Of a DNA stretch of 64,000 nt, positions 18,714 to 29,044 are shown piece after piece. Location: NCBI GenBank assembly GCA_963805085.1, contig CAWDTA010000002.1:928001-992000 (forward strand), in the 5' to 3' direction. Position numbers and translations under genes: made by a program. Under the pieces are notes generated by a model. That model saw only the letters and a list, made by a program, of their open reading frames with translations, was not told the origin of the DNA and did not search any database. The stretch's first letter is position 1, and the number at the start of each line of letters is the position of its first letter. The DNA is from an uncultured Veillonellaceae bacterium (lineage in GTDB: Bacteria; Bacillota; Negativicutes; JARBTT01).

Positions 18714-21041
18714 ATGTATGGATATGAATGGACAAAGAAAAACGGAATATATCGACTTGTGCCGAACGCTAAAGTTATCAAGGAAATCCGCCCGGTATTT
18801 AAGGAAGAACTTGACTACTTTGGTCTTGACGCGCAATGGAAATATCCGAATACCGAAGCCCCGCTTCTGTGGGCGGAAGGAATTCGGAGGTATAATCTTA
18901 ATGGTGAGGTTGTCGCTGAAGCCGTTGGTGGCGGTTTTTATACCAAGCCAACTATAAATGTAAAGAAAGAGGGCTTGAAATTGAAGCCCATCAACATTGA
19001 TGCTTTATGGAAAGAGAATGAACGACTTATGCTTGGCCTTGAGAAAACGGCCATCGAGTTCATCCGCAAGGTTCATGGAGATTATGTCAAGCGCGGTATG
19101 AATTTTGTTGTGGCGTTTTCCGGAGGGAAAGACAGTCTCGTGCTACTTGACCTCGTGGCAAAGGCGCTGCGTCCGGATGAGTTTGTCGTTATTTTTAGCA
19201 ATACAGGCATGGAACTGAATGCAACCATTAAAACCGTAGAGCGTGCCAAAGTCCACTGGAGTAAGTTGCATTTCTATGAAGCCGGAAGCCATATGACGCC
19301 AGATGAAACGTGGAATGCGTTCGGCCCTCCCGGACGCCGACTTCGTTGGTGCTGCTCTGTACACAAATCAGTACCCACTATTCTTAAGCTCCGAGAAATC
19401 ACCGGAGACTATGATGCCAAGGCCGTGGTGTTTGACGGCGTACGCAAAGAAGAAAGTGCCGCCCGAGCAATGTACGATGCTATTGGAGAGGGCGTTAAAA
19501 ATATAAATCAGGTTAATGCCAGCCCAATTTTAGATTGGGGAACCAATGAGGTTTATTTACATCTTTTAAAGAACAGCATATTATTCAATGATGCCTACAG
19601 GATCGGATTATTTCGAGTTGGTTGTAAAGTTTGCCCTATGTCATCTGGCTGGTGGGACGGCATAGCGAACGATGCCTACAAAGGCGAACTTGAAAGTTTG
19701 TTTCGTAAAGTTGAGGATTACGCAAAAAATACGAAGGCTAAAAAAGAACAAAAAAGATACATAGAAGACGGTGGCTGGAAAGGAAGAATGGGCGGTCGTG
19801 GCTTGGATGCAGGAGGCAACCGAGTAACTGAAGTGATCGATGGAGACAAAATAGTATTTCATTTTTCTAAGAGAACGGAGAATTGGTTAGAAGTTTGCAA
19901 GATATTGGGAAAAGTTGTTGAAAAAAATGGTGAAACGTATACGCAGATTATTAATCATCAAAGCTACCAATTTACATTGACGCCCGTTACCGTGACGTAC
20001 TACCCCTATTCAAAAATGGATAGGTTTGTGATCAGTCATCTGCGCGGTGTAGCGAATAAGGTTGCCTATTGCGTCGGGTGTAAGGCATGTGTTGTTCAAT
20101 GTCCTAATGGTGCGTTTGAGATAACCGATGAAAGTAAAATTTTAATCCGTGAAAATAGGTGTACACACTGTGTAAATTGCATTGAGTTCACTGGTACAAA
20201 GGGATGTTTAGCGGCTAAATCACTTTATACGACTGGAGGATATGGTATGAATTTAAAAGGAATGAATCGCTATCAGCATTTTGGTTTTCGCCGTCCATGG
20301 TTAGAGCATTTCTTTGAATATGGCTCAGAGTGCTTTACAATGGGGCAGCTTGGCAATCGCCAATATGACGCACTTCGTGTATGGCTTCGCGAGGCAGAAC
20401 TGCTAACACCTGCAAGTAAGGGGGAAAAATCAGGGACGCCCACCGAACTGTGTGAGCAACTTTGTTCATTGAGTGCAGGCAATCCTTTGGTGTGGGCAAT
20501 AATATGGACGAACCTTGCCTACAACTCCGTCATCACGAAATGGTATATGCTCTACGCCGAGGCTGGAGAAACCTACGACAAAGCAGAACTTGTATTCATG
20601 CTTGGAGACGACTATTCGCCGTCCACACGAGACAACGCAGTGACTGCACTTCTCGAAACGCTCCGACACAGCCCGATCGGTGCCGTGCTGAAACAAGGTA
20701 TACCCATCCCGGACGGTGTAAGTTTTAAATTTGTCAAACAAGGGTGGGACGCGCCTGAAGCGGTAGCTATACTTTATGCACTATACAAGTTTGCTGAAGA
20801 AACCGGGCGCTATACTTTCACTCTCACTGGACTTGCTAACACTCGTACAAATGCGGAGGCAAAAGGCGTTGACCCTGTATTGATATTTGGCTTGAATCCG
20901 AATAATTTCAAGGCAATCGTACAAAATGTCGCTCTTCAATATCCCGAATATATCCGAGTGGCGTTCGTACAAGACCTCGATAACATTATTCTTGTGCCTG
21001 AGAAAAAAGCTATTGATGTACTAAAACTGATTACAGAGTAA
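18714..21041 (+). CDS. brxP: BrxP-like protein: PAPS reductase + 4Fe-4S ferredoxin + DUF4007 (SspD/SspB-like fusion)
   Basis: PP-loop SGGKDS, RWCC, GVRKEES, RVGCKVCP; CVGCKACVVQCP and CTHCVNC; C-terminal RYQHFGFRRPWL. Confidence 0.85.
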   Translation: MYGYEWTKKNGIYRLVPNAKVIKEIRPVFKEELDYFGLDAQWKYPNTEAPLLWAEGIRRYNLNGEVVAEAVGGGFYTKPTINVKKEGLKLKPINIDALWKENERLMLGLEKTAIEFIRKVHGDYVKRGMNFVVAFSGGKDSLVLLDLVAKALRPDEFVVIFSNTGMELNATIKTVERAKVHWSKLHFYEAGSHMTPDETWNAFGPPGRRLRWCCSVHKSVPTILKLREITGDYDAKAVVFDGVRKEESAARAMYDAIGEGVKNINQVNASPILDWGTNEVYLHLLKNSILFNDAYRIGLFRVGCKVCPMSSGWWDGIANDAYKGELESLFRKVEDYAKNTKAKKEQKRYIEDGGWKGRMGGRGLDAGGNRVTEVIDGDKIVFHFSKRTENWLEVCKILGKVVEKNGETYTQIINHQSYQFTLTPVTVTYYPYSKMDRFVISHLRGVANKVAYCVGCKACVVQCPNGAFEITDESKILIRENRCTHCVNCIEFTGTKGCLAAKSLYTTGGYGMNLKGMNRYQHFGFRRPWLEHFFEYGSECFTMGQLGNRQYDALRVWLREAELLTPASKGEKSGTPTELCEQLCSLSAGNPLVWAIIWTNLAYNSVITKWYMLYAEAGETYDKAELVFMLGDDYSPSTRDNAVTALLETLRHSPIGAVLKQGIPIPDGVSFKFVKQGWDAPEAVAILYALYKFAEETGRYTFTLTGLANTRTNAEAKGVDPVLIFGLNPNNFKAIVQNVALQYPEYIRVAFVQDLDNIILVPEKKAIDVLKLITE

Positions 21042-21056
21042 AGGGGGATCACAGTC

Positions 21057-24000
21057 ATGAAGTACAGCAACTATATTGAGCTTTCTGCAAATTATGAATC
21101 TGTTGTGGATCTGGATGCGGATGAGCGCCGCCCGAATCTCTGGCAGGAGTACATTGTCCAGGAGGATATGAAAAAGGCGATTGATGCGGTATGCCAAACC
21201 ATCAACTGGGAAGACAACGACAAACGCCGTTCTTTCTGGATTCATGGTGCTTATGGCACGGGTAAAAGCTATGCTGCCATTGTATTGAAGCATCTGTTTG
21301 AGGACAAGGTTACTAATATTGATGCATTTTTGAACAAGCCGTCACTTGCGGCATACAAGAAGCGGTTTCTTAAACTCCGTCAAAAAGGTGAATATCTTGT
21401 CGTATGGAAAAGTGGTGTTACGGGTATATCCGGTGACCCCGATGTAAAAAGCAGCGTTCAGCTAATGATGACGATGGAAGTCAAAATCAAAGAGAAACTG
21501 AAAGAAAAATTCGGTGACAAGGCATATTACGGTATAAATTCACTTATATCTTCTGCTAAAGACGTAATAAATGACAAGTTTATTAACTGGATTGAGATTT
21601 TTAATAGCCCGCTATACGATTTAGCTGATATTTATTCTGACTTTGAAAAATTTCGTCAGGTGGTTATGAGTGGCGACATTCAAGCCATAGATAAGGTAAG
21701 AAAAATTTGTAATGACCGTAATATCGCATTATTTTCGGATACCGTTGAAAAGTTCGAAACCTGGTTGAAAGACATAATTGCAGGCAACGGACTGAAAGAT
21801 ACCGGTATCGTCTTTATCTGGGATGAATTTACAGGCTTTCTGCGTGACTGTGGTGATGACAATGTACTTCAACGACTGTCTGAGTTTTGCAAACAACCTA
21901 ATTCACCATTTTTTATGTGTCTGATCGTCCATCGTGACCCGACATGGGTAGATCAGCTTGGTGGCGAAACGTATGAACGCATTTTACACCGTTACCATGA
22001 ATTGGAGTTCCATATTACCGAAAGCGCAGCCTATGATCTTATTGGCGATTCTATCATCCCACGTTCCGGCATGGAGTCGCAGTGGGAGGACACCAAGAAA
22101 GGATTGCTCAAATCCATCGAAAAATACAAGAGTGAGTTTGATAATCTTGACCAAAGCATTAACATCAACGAGCGTATGTCAAAGCTCTGCCCTCTACACC
22201 CCATGACACTGTCTTTACTTGCTACAGTTGCACAGCATTTTGGAGCCTCTCAGCGCACGTTATTTCGTTTTATGAAAGACAGAGCTGAATCCTCGCAGGG
22301 AGTAGGATTTATTAATTACATAGAGAATAATGATCCTGATAAATGGGGATGGCTTACAGCTGATTATCTTTGGGATTATTTCTTTACGCGCGGGAGTGAT
22401 GTGCGCAATTTTAATGCGGATGCGCGCAAAGTAATACAACACTTTCAAAATAAGCAAGACTCTATTTCCGATGAATATGCAATGCATGTTTTTAAGGCAG
22501 CCCTGCTCCTTATTGCTATGATGAGTGGTAGTAGTGTCAGTAATCTTTACAGTCGCCAAAACAATGTTGGAACCAGAATCGGCGCGACCAAAAACATTTT
22601 GTATAAGTGTTTCCGGGGGCAGCTTGAACAATCAACAATTGATACCTATTTGCAATCATTTGAGGAAATAGGTCTTCTTCGTCTTGACAAGCAAGCCAAT
22701 GGAGATGCTCGTTTGGAATTTCCTTATGTAGGCGGTGGAGATCCCTTTGATATTCGGCTTAAAACGACCAAAAAGTGTCATACACGTTACAGCCTCTTTT
22801 CAAAAAACGGTGTATTCTCCAAGGCGCTTGAAGGTAGTCTGTGGGACAGCACAAAGGCTACCTTCGGTAGAATGTTTATTGTAGTATGCTCATCAGAGAC
22901 AAATTCCATAAACACGCGCCTTGGTGAAGTGAAAAACGAACTTGCGAAGGCGCCATGGAAAATAGGACTTCTTGTTGTCAGCATATCTGACACAAGTGAT
23001 TATGTTACGTTTCAAACCAAAGTAAAGCAAATTGCCGCTGAAGACGATACGAAAAGGCTTGTTGTCGCATTAATAAAGGAACCGTGTACGAATGATTTGC
23101 TTGATCAGTGGTGTACGGCTATAACGCATAAAGAATTATCAGCTGAAGATGGGAAACCCGGCAGCGCAAGCAACTATGAAGCACAAGCGGCCGCGCATGT
23201 GGCGCAGTGGGCTACGGTGGCTTCAAACGGACAGATTTTTGCTTGCTATGGTGATATGCAATTTTCATCGCTTTATGGACAAAGCGACTTAGTCAAGCGG
23301 GTCGAAAATGATGTGCTGTTCAGTGTATTCTCCGCCGCTCCTGAGCGGATTGTTACAAGCAATACTGCATTTAAAAAGTGCAACGACAGTGCTGTTCTTG
23401 CCGGGATCAAAAAAACAGTCAGCAATAATCAGGTTAACAACATTTCTAACGCTCTCAAAGAAATAGGTGCATGGGACATCGACGATTTAGAAACGCTTAA
23501 GAATTTATCCGGTTCGAAGGCGGTCGCAGTCACTGAGGTTGCAAAATTTATCCAACGGGAGCTCTCCTATGGTGCAAAAATATCGATAGATACTTTATGG
23601 GCAAATCTGCAACAGGCACCTTTCGGATATTACAATTCTTTGGCTGTAGGTTGCTTTATCGGTCTGACTTTGCGATCATTTGTTAATGCTTCATTTAATT
23701 GGATTGACAGTAACAATAACACACATTTGCCGACTGCTGAAAACTTGGCAAGTATGGTCAACAAAATGTTGGACGGCAAAACACTGAACAACTTTCTTTC
23801 GTCCGGCTCAGCTATATGGCAAAAATTTAGACCTTATGCAAAAGCCGTGTTTGGGCTTTCGGATAGGGACAGTGTGAGTGAAACCGAAACGCGTAAATAT
23901 ATACGTGCTAAGATACAAGGAATAGGTGTACCCTTTTGGACAATGAAGTACCTACCGAGTGAAAAGTTCGGAGGCGATGATATAAAAGATACCGCAGTCA

Positions 24001-25271
24001 AACTTACAGATCTTTTCTGTGATTTTATTTACGAGACTTCATCTGATCAGGATAACGTGATGGCAGAAGTGCTGACACTCTTCAATGGACGCGGTGGTTT
24101 GCGCAAAACTATGGCGGATATGCTCAACGATAAGCCTATTATGTATGATGCGTTCAAGCGGTTCATATATACTCAAGCCCCTGAGATTGAGAAACTTTGT
24201 GAGAAGCTGAATTATACCGACAAGGATTTGTTTGATGCCTTGCGTAGATACTTGCAAGATGCGATTTCTACATGGCGCGAAGAGCAGGTATCCTCAAAGC
24301 TCGCTGAGCTGGCGGAAGAACTCGATGTGATTGTAACGTTGAGCATGGCTCTTGGCGTTGATAGAAAGACCTATGCTTCTCTTCAAAGAGAATTGAAAAA
24401 CGTTTTTGATAATATGAAGATACCTGGAACGGTGATAGAAATGCTGGCTTTTAGTTGGGTTCCAACATTGAAAATTATGCGGAGTCTTTCTAATAATCCA
24501 TGGACAGATATTGCCGACAAAATAAATGTCAAAGAAAAACTGGGGGACAGTGCAAAAACAGCTTGGGACTATTTGTCTCAACCGAAACTTATTCTTGAAG
24601 CAGTATTGCAGGAACAGAATATCAGCTTTAGTGATGCAGAGCTAAGTGAAATTTATATGTCACTAAAACCCTTCGTGTATGAAACACCAAACACTGTTTT
24701 CAAATCCACACTTGATAGGTTGCTTGAAAATATTTCTTATAATCGAAATGCCGCATTGCTCCAACAACTTTGGAATGAAAAGAGCGGTACTGTAACGGTT
24801 TGTGAATGGTGTAATAATGCAAATGTTCCAATCGCTTGGGTGGTTGATGGTTTGATTTTATCTGCCATTCAAACTATCAAAGCGATACAGGACAGAAGGA
24901 AAGTCAATAATGATATTTTGCAAAGTGCGGTGAGCGTCCTAAAGAGTAATAACCTCGCCGTCCTTAAAGACAGTAAGCATATATCCGACCGCTTTTTTGC
25001 TTACATCGGTGAAAATTATCGCGATGCCTTTCTCACAGACAGGGATGTTCTGTTAGGGAGAATTAAAACAAATGCCAAGATTTCATCTGATGTGTATACG
25101 TGGGCAAACAAAGTTCCGGAAATTCGTGACATCCTTGATATGTACCTTCAAAAGACTTATAAAGAACAAGCGAAGACTCGTGTAAAATCAATGCCAGATA
25201 CAGAACTCCGTGAAGCTGTGATTCATCTGCTTGATAAAAACCCTGAGTTATACAGTAGCTTTTTGAAGTAG
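21057..25271 (+). CDS. brxC: BrxC/SspC-like large P-loop ATPase
   Basis: Walker A GAYGTGKS, Walker B FIWDEF, PLHP and QRTLFRF motifs; 1404 aa; lies between brxP and pglZ. Confidence 0.85.
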   Translation: MKYSNYIELSANYESVVDLDADERRPNLWQEYIVQEDMKKAIDAVCQTINWEDNDKRRSFWIHGAYGTGKSYAAIVLKHLFEDKVTNIDAFLNKPSLAAYKKRFLKLRQKGEYLVVWKSGVTGISGDPDVKSSVQLMMTMEVKIKEKLKEKFGDKAYYGINSLISSAKDVINDKFINWIEIFNSPLYDLADIYSDFEKFRQVVMSGDIQAIDKVRKICNDRNIALFSDTVEKFETWLKDIIAGNGLKDTGIVFIWDEFTGFLRDCGDDNVLQRLSEFCKQPNSPFFMCLIVHRDPTWVDQLGGETYERILHRYHELEFHITESAAYDLIGDSIIPRSGMESQWEDTKKGLLKSIEKYKSEFDNLDQSININERMSKLCPLHPMTLSLLATVAQHFGASQRTLFRFMKDRAESSQGVGFINYIENNDPDKWGWLTADYLWDYFFTRGSDVRNFNADARKVIQHFQNKQDSISDEYAMHVFKAALLLIAMMSGSSVSNLYSRQNNVGTRIGATKNILYKCFRGQLEQSTIDTYLQSFEEIGLLRLDKQANGDARLEFPYVGGGDPFDIRLKTTKKCHTRYSLFSKNGVFSKALEGSLWDSTKATFGRMFIVVCSSETNSINTRLGEVKNELAKAPWKIGLLVVSISDTSDYVTFQTKVKQIAAEDDTKRLVVALIKEPCTNDLLDQWCTAITHKELSAEDGKPGSASNYEAQAAAHVAQWATVASNGQIFACYGDMQFSSLYGQSDLVKRVENDVLFSVFSAAPERIVTSNTAFKKCNDSAVLAGIKKTVSNNQVNNISNALKEIGAWDIDDLETLKNLSGSKAVAVTEVAKFIQRELSYGAKISIDTLWANLQQAPFGYYNSLAVGCFIGLTLRSFVNASFNWIDSNNNTHLPTAENLASMVNKMLDGKTLNNFLSSGSAIWQKFRPYAKAVFGLSDRDSVSETETRKYIRAKIQGIGVPFWTMKYLPSEKFGGDDIKDTAVKLTDLFCDFIYETSSDQDNVMAEVLTLFNGRGGLRKTMADMLNDKPIMYDAFKRFIYTQAPEIEKLCEKLNYTDKDLFDALRRYLQDAISTWREEQVSSKLAELAEELDVIVTLSMALGVDRKTYASLQRELKNVFDNMKIPGTVIEMLAFSWVPTLKIMRSLSNNPWTDIADKINVKEKLGDSAKTAWDYLSQPKLILEAVLQEQNISFSDAELSEIYMSLKPFVYETPNTVFKSTLDRLLENISYNRNAALLQQLWNEKSGTVTVCEWCNNANVPIAWVVDGLILSAIQTIKAIQDRRKVNNDILQSAVSVLKSNNLAVLKDSKHISDRFFAYIGENYRDAFLTDRDVLLGRIKTNAKISSDVYTWANKVPEIRDILDMYLQKTYKEQAKTRVKSMPDTELREAVIHLLDKNPELYSSFLK

Positions 25272-25283
25272 GGGGAATGCCCA

Positions 25284-27386
25284 GTGACCATACAAGAGAT
25301 TTTAGATAAAGTTGTTGCCGAGCGACAGACGCCTGGTCGTTTTCCGTCGAGGCTGATATTCGTTCGCAATTTTTCGGATTACAGTTTGCTTGTTGACGAA
25401 CTCAGTAAAATTTGTGATGTTACACTGAATCTCGCTTTATTTGCCCAGGGAGATATTTTACCGGATTTCAACGCAGTAAAGCAGGAATTGAGAAAAAATG
25501 TAAATAAACGAATTCTTCTGCTCTCGCTTAACGAATACCTGCGTTTGTGCGCAAAAAGAGAAACTGCCAAAGAAACATCTGTTTTTTCTGGAATATGGGA
25601 AAACATACAATCGGAAAGGGCAACAACAAAATACATCATACCACTTTTCGGTGGAAGAGAATTATTTGACCAAGTCGTGCCTATCGTAGATGAACGTCAA
25701 GAGGACTTTCTCTGGGATTTGACGGGTTCATCAGAGCCTTTGGAGTATACGGTAAGTGTATATTCCCCTGCGTTTACCACGGCGGTCAAGACTGATGCCA
25801 CCAATTTTCAAGAGTGGCTCGAAAATTGGGATACGCTTTTTTCTGACGACAACCGAAAACACTTCTCTTTGACATCGAAACTTATTAAATATACCAATCC
25901 GATGACGGGGCCTGTTTCGGTTAAGATTATAGATGAACCTTTTGCATATGTGACTTCACTTGTTAGCGATGGACAAAAACTGAAGCGAGAGTGGGGTGAT
26001 GAGCAATTTTGGACTGATGTTGCTAAGCATGTCAAGCAAGGAAAAAGCTTCTCAGCGACAGTGAAGGCTATTCTCAACATGGGTGCAAACTTTGATCCTT
26101 TTGCTGTCCTTGCAAGATTTGACCATTTGTCGAGTACCGAACGTAGCTTATTATGGGTATGGTATAGACTTTATCCGACTGATGATTACTATTCATTTGC
26201 TATTGGTCAAGCAATCTACCCAGACGAGATACCAACTAAGCTCCGAGATGCTATATTTGAATTACCTAAGACAGTGGATTCCACTCATGCTGAGCGCGTG
26301 AAGGCATTAAAGGTTCTCAATGTTCAATACGGACATGAATACTTTTCCAAACTAGACAAAGTCCTACCTGCTCAAACGCGGATGTCATACTTGACTTATA
26401 AGACATTGCAAGAACGCGCTTATGCAGTAAAAACGGTGAGTGGTCTTTTGAGGAATGGTGCAGATGTTCATGCAATCGCCGAACAATTAGGTAGTGACTA
26501 TCCGAGTTTAGCGGAATATTTATTGCCTTCGGATGTGAGAGATGACGAAGTTGCACGTTATTTTAACTGGTATCGTCAAAGTAAAATTCTGAACCGATTG
26601 CCGGAGGACTGGCCAAATCACATAGACTTCGACAGTCTAGATAGTCGTAATAAAATTCTACAACAAAGCGGCGATACGCTGACTTTTTGGGTGGATGGCT
26701 TGGGTGCCGAATGGCTTCCGCTGTTAGTCAAGAATTTGAAGCAGCTTAATATTGCGGAAACGATTAATTCGAATATCGGTCGCGCAATTCTCCCGAGTGA
26801 AACGGAGTACAACCACAAATGGAAAGACAACGATGAAAAATGGGACAGATTTGATAAGCTCTCTCATAACGGCATGCCCGATGATAAGGATTACTTTTTG
26901 TGTGTTGCACGCCAAATAGAGATCATTGGAGAAGTGGTTGAGCGGGTATCTGAGTTACTGACTCAGCACGATAGTATCATAATAACAGGCGACCATGGTA
27001 GCAGCCGACTTGCTGCCTTGATGTTCCATGCTTCTGATAACTTTGCAATTGATCCTCCGAAGAATTCAATTGTCCGTTCTTTCGGCAGATTTTGTGAATT
27101 AAACGGAAGTGCAGATGTAATCATTACCCCTTCTATGGAGAAGATAGTTCTGGAAGGTCAAAAATATATCGTGATGAAAACGTACGAGCATTTCAGACAG
27201 TCCGGCAATGCTGCAGGTGGTAACACAGAGGATAAGGCGGTAGCGGGCGAAGTCCACGGCGGTATGACACCGGAAGAATATCTTGTGCCTGTTATTATGG
27301 TCACGCGTAAAATTTCATTTAAGAAGTCGATTCAAGTCAAAGTGCAAAAGTCAAAAGCCGCAGAGCTTAACGATATGGGGATATAA
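25284..27386 (+). CDS. pglZ: PglZ (BREX type 4 alkaline-phosphatase-fold protein)
   Basis: WVDGLG, LPSETE, ITGDHG, HGGMTPEEYLVP. Confidence 0.9.
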   Translation: MTIQEILDKVVAERQTPGRFPSRLIFVRNFSDYSLLVDELSKICDVTLNLALFAQGDILPDFNAVKQELRKNVNKRILLLSLNEYLRLCAKRETAKETSVFSGIWENIQSERATTKYIIPLFGGRELFDQVVPIVDERQEDFLWDLTGSSEPLEYTVSVYSPAFTTAVKTDATNFQEWLENWDTLFSDDNRKHFSLTSKLIKYTNPMTGPVSVKIIDEPFAYVTSLVSDGQKLKREWGDEQFWTDVAKHVKQGKSFSATVKAILNMGANFDPFAVLARFDHLSSTERSLLWVWYRLYPTDDYYSFAIGQAIYPDEIPTKLRDAIFELPKTVDSTHAERVKALKVLNVQYGHEYFSKLDKVLPAQTRMSYLTYKTLQERAYAVKTVSGLLRNGADVHAIAEQLGSDYPSLAEYLLPSDVRDDEVARYFNWYRQSKILNRLPEDWPNHIDFDSLDSRNKILQQSGDTLTFWVDGLGAEWLPLLVKNLKQLNIAETINSNIGRAILPSETEYNHKWKDNDEKWDRFDKLSHNGMPDDKDYFLCVARQIEIIGEVVERVSELLTQHDSIIITGDHGSSRLAALMFHASDNFAIDPPKNSIVRSFGRFCELNGSADVIITPSMEKIVLEGQKYIVMKTYEHFRQSGNAAGGNTEDKAVAGEVHGGMTPEEYLVPVIMVTRKISFKKSIQVKVQKSKAAELNDMGI

Positions 27387-27389
27387 CTA

Positions 27390-27590
27390 ATGGCTAATAA
27401 AAAGATGTGTATTGAATGTAGTGTTTTGCTGAAGAAAGACGAGGTGGCATTATCTCAAAAAATGCTTGGGCGCGTTATAACGGAGTTTTACTGTATAGAC
27501 TGCCTTGCTGAAACCCTCGATTGCGATCCGGATGACTTGGTTGTTAAGATACAAGAATTTAAAGAGCAGGGTTGTACATTATTTTTGTAG
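27390..27590 (+). CDS. 66-aa zinc-ribbon protein inside the BREX operon
   Basis: CIEC...YCIDC plus terminal GCTLF; 3 nt after pglZ; its stop overlaps the brxL RBS. Confidence 0.75.
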   Translation: MANKKMCIECSVLLKKDEVALSQKMLGRVITEFYCIDCLAETLDCDPDDLVVKIQEFKEQGCTLFL

Positions 27591-27601
27591 GAGGTGCGAG
27601 G

Positions 27602-29044
27602 ATGGATAAACTAAGAGAGGCATTTGCTGAAATGGTCGTTCTGAAAAATCCAGAACGAACTAAGTTCTTTGCTGACCTCAGCCTGCCTTCATATATGCGG
27701 GACTGGCTTGTTATGAAGTTTTCTGATGAGCTTGGTAATATTGACTATGATGGTGTAACACGTTACATCAAGCAATATATCCCAAATCGCGAGGATTACG
27801 AACAATTTAAGTTTCAAATGGTTAATGGAGAAAGCGTTCGCTTCCTTGCCCGCATTCGCGTTGGCATTGATATAAAAACAGGTAAAACGACATTCGAACT
27901 CCCGGATTTTGGAGGCACGAAAACAGGTGCTGGTGGTGAGGTATCAAACGACGTTATCAACCGCTGGCAAGATACTCTTTTGAGAGAAACTGAAAATTGG
28001 GGCATCATTGATCTCGTCTGGGAACAGGATTACTCAAAAAAGCCGCCGAGGGGTTATATAAAAATTATTGGTTATCAGCCATTCTGTCCATACAATGTTG
28101 ATTTGGAGTATTACCGTGAAGCCCGCCGGAAATTTACAACTCAGGAATGGCTTGACATTCTTATTTCAGCTGTCGATTATAATCCTCACGGTTATGAAAC
28201 AGAAGAACAAAAATTATACTTTATCCGTAGACTTCTCCCGTTCGTGGAACGTCGTGTCAACCTCATTGAGCTTGCTCCTATGGGAACCGGTAAGAGTTAT
28301 GTGTACGAAAAGATAAGCAAACGTGGCTGGCTCGTGTCGAGTGGCACAATTTCGCGTGCCTCGCTTCTCTATGACAATAACAAACGCACAGGCGGTTTAA
28401 TTACTCAATTCGACTATGTTGCGTTTGACGAAATACAATCTTTGAAATTTGAACAGCCACAGCAGATACAGGCCGCTCTCAAAAGTTATATGGAGTTCGG
28501 TGAGGTCAAGGGCTTTGACACACAAATAATCGCAGATGCAGGAATTATCATTTTGGGTAATATTAATGCGAAAAAATTTAACCCCGAAATCAATATGGTT
28601 GATGAGATCAACCCAATATTTAGAGAGGCAGCGATCCTTGACCGTTTTCACGGCTTCATACCCGGTTGGGAAATTCCTCGCTTTCATACGGGAATTATCG
28701 CTGATGGTTGGGCGTTGAATACGGAATATTTTGCCGAAGTCTTACATGACTTGCGTGATGAACTCAAGTTTTCAGCTTTGGTAGATTCATGCTTGGATGT
28801 ACCCCGAAAGTCTGATAAGCGTGACCTTACGGCAATATCCCGTTTGTGTACTGGTTTTGTAAAATTGCTGTTTCCACATGCTGAAACGAAATCTGATATA
28901 GAGTCGGATGAATTTATTAAATATTGTCTCGAACCAGCTAAAGAAATGAGGGCAATAATCAAGAAACAGCTATGTGTAATTGCCCCGCAGGAATTCGATT
29001 TGCCGGGTAAGCGAGATATTCCAAATATACAATACAAGTATTAA
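27602..29044 (+). CDS. brxL: BrxL-like AAA+ (MCM-related) protein without a C-terminal Lon protease domain
   Basis: NLIELAPMGTGKS, VAFDE, AILDRFHGFIPGWEIP, KLLFP; 480 aa from the ATG after AGGAGG. Confidence 0.88.
   Translation: MDKLREAFAEMVVLKNPERTKFFADLSLPSYMRDWLVMKFSDELGNIDYDGVTRYIKQYIPNREDYEQFKFQMVNGESVRFLARIRVGIDIKTGKTTFELPDFGGTKTGAGGEVSNDVINRWQDTLLRETENWGIIDLVWEQDYSKKPPRGYIKIIGYQPFCPYNVDLEYYREARRKFTTQEWLDILISAVDYNPHGYETEEQKLYFIRRLLPFVERRVNLIELAPMGTGKSYVYEKISKRGWLVSSGTISRASLLYDNNKRTGGLITQFDYVAFDEIQSLKFEQPQQIQAALKSYMEFGEVKGFDTQIIADAGIIILGNINAKKFNPEINMVDEINPIFREAAILDRFHGFIPGWEIPRFHTGIIADGWALNTEYFAEVLHDLRDELKFSALVDSCLDVPRKSDKRDLTAISRLCTGFVKLLFPHAETKSDIESDEFIKYCLEPAKEMRAIIKKQLCVIAPQEFDLPGKRDIPNIQYKY

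Noticed and set aside
18714-21041. Sulfate-assimilation CysH or a Dnd (dndBCDE) system
   Set aside because: DUF4007 fusion and pglZ/brxL context; no cys genes, no SMC-like DndD and no DndE.
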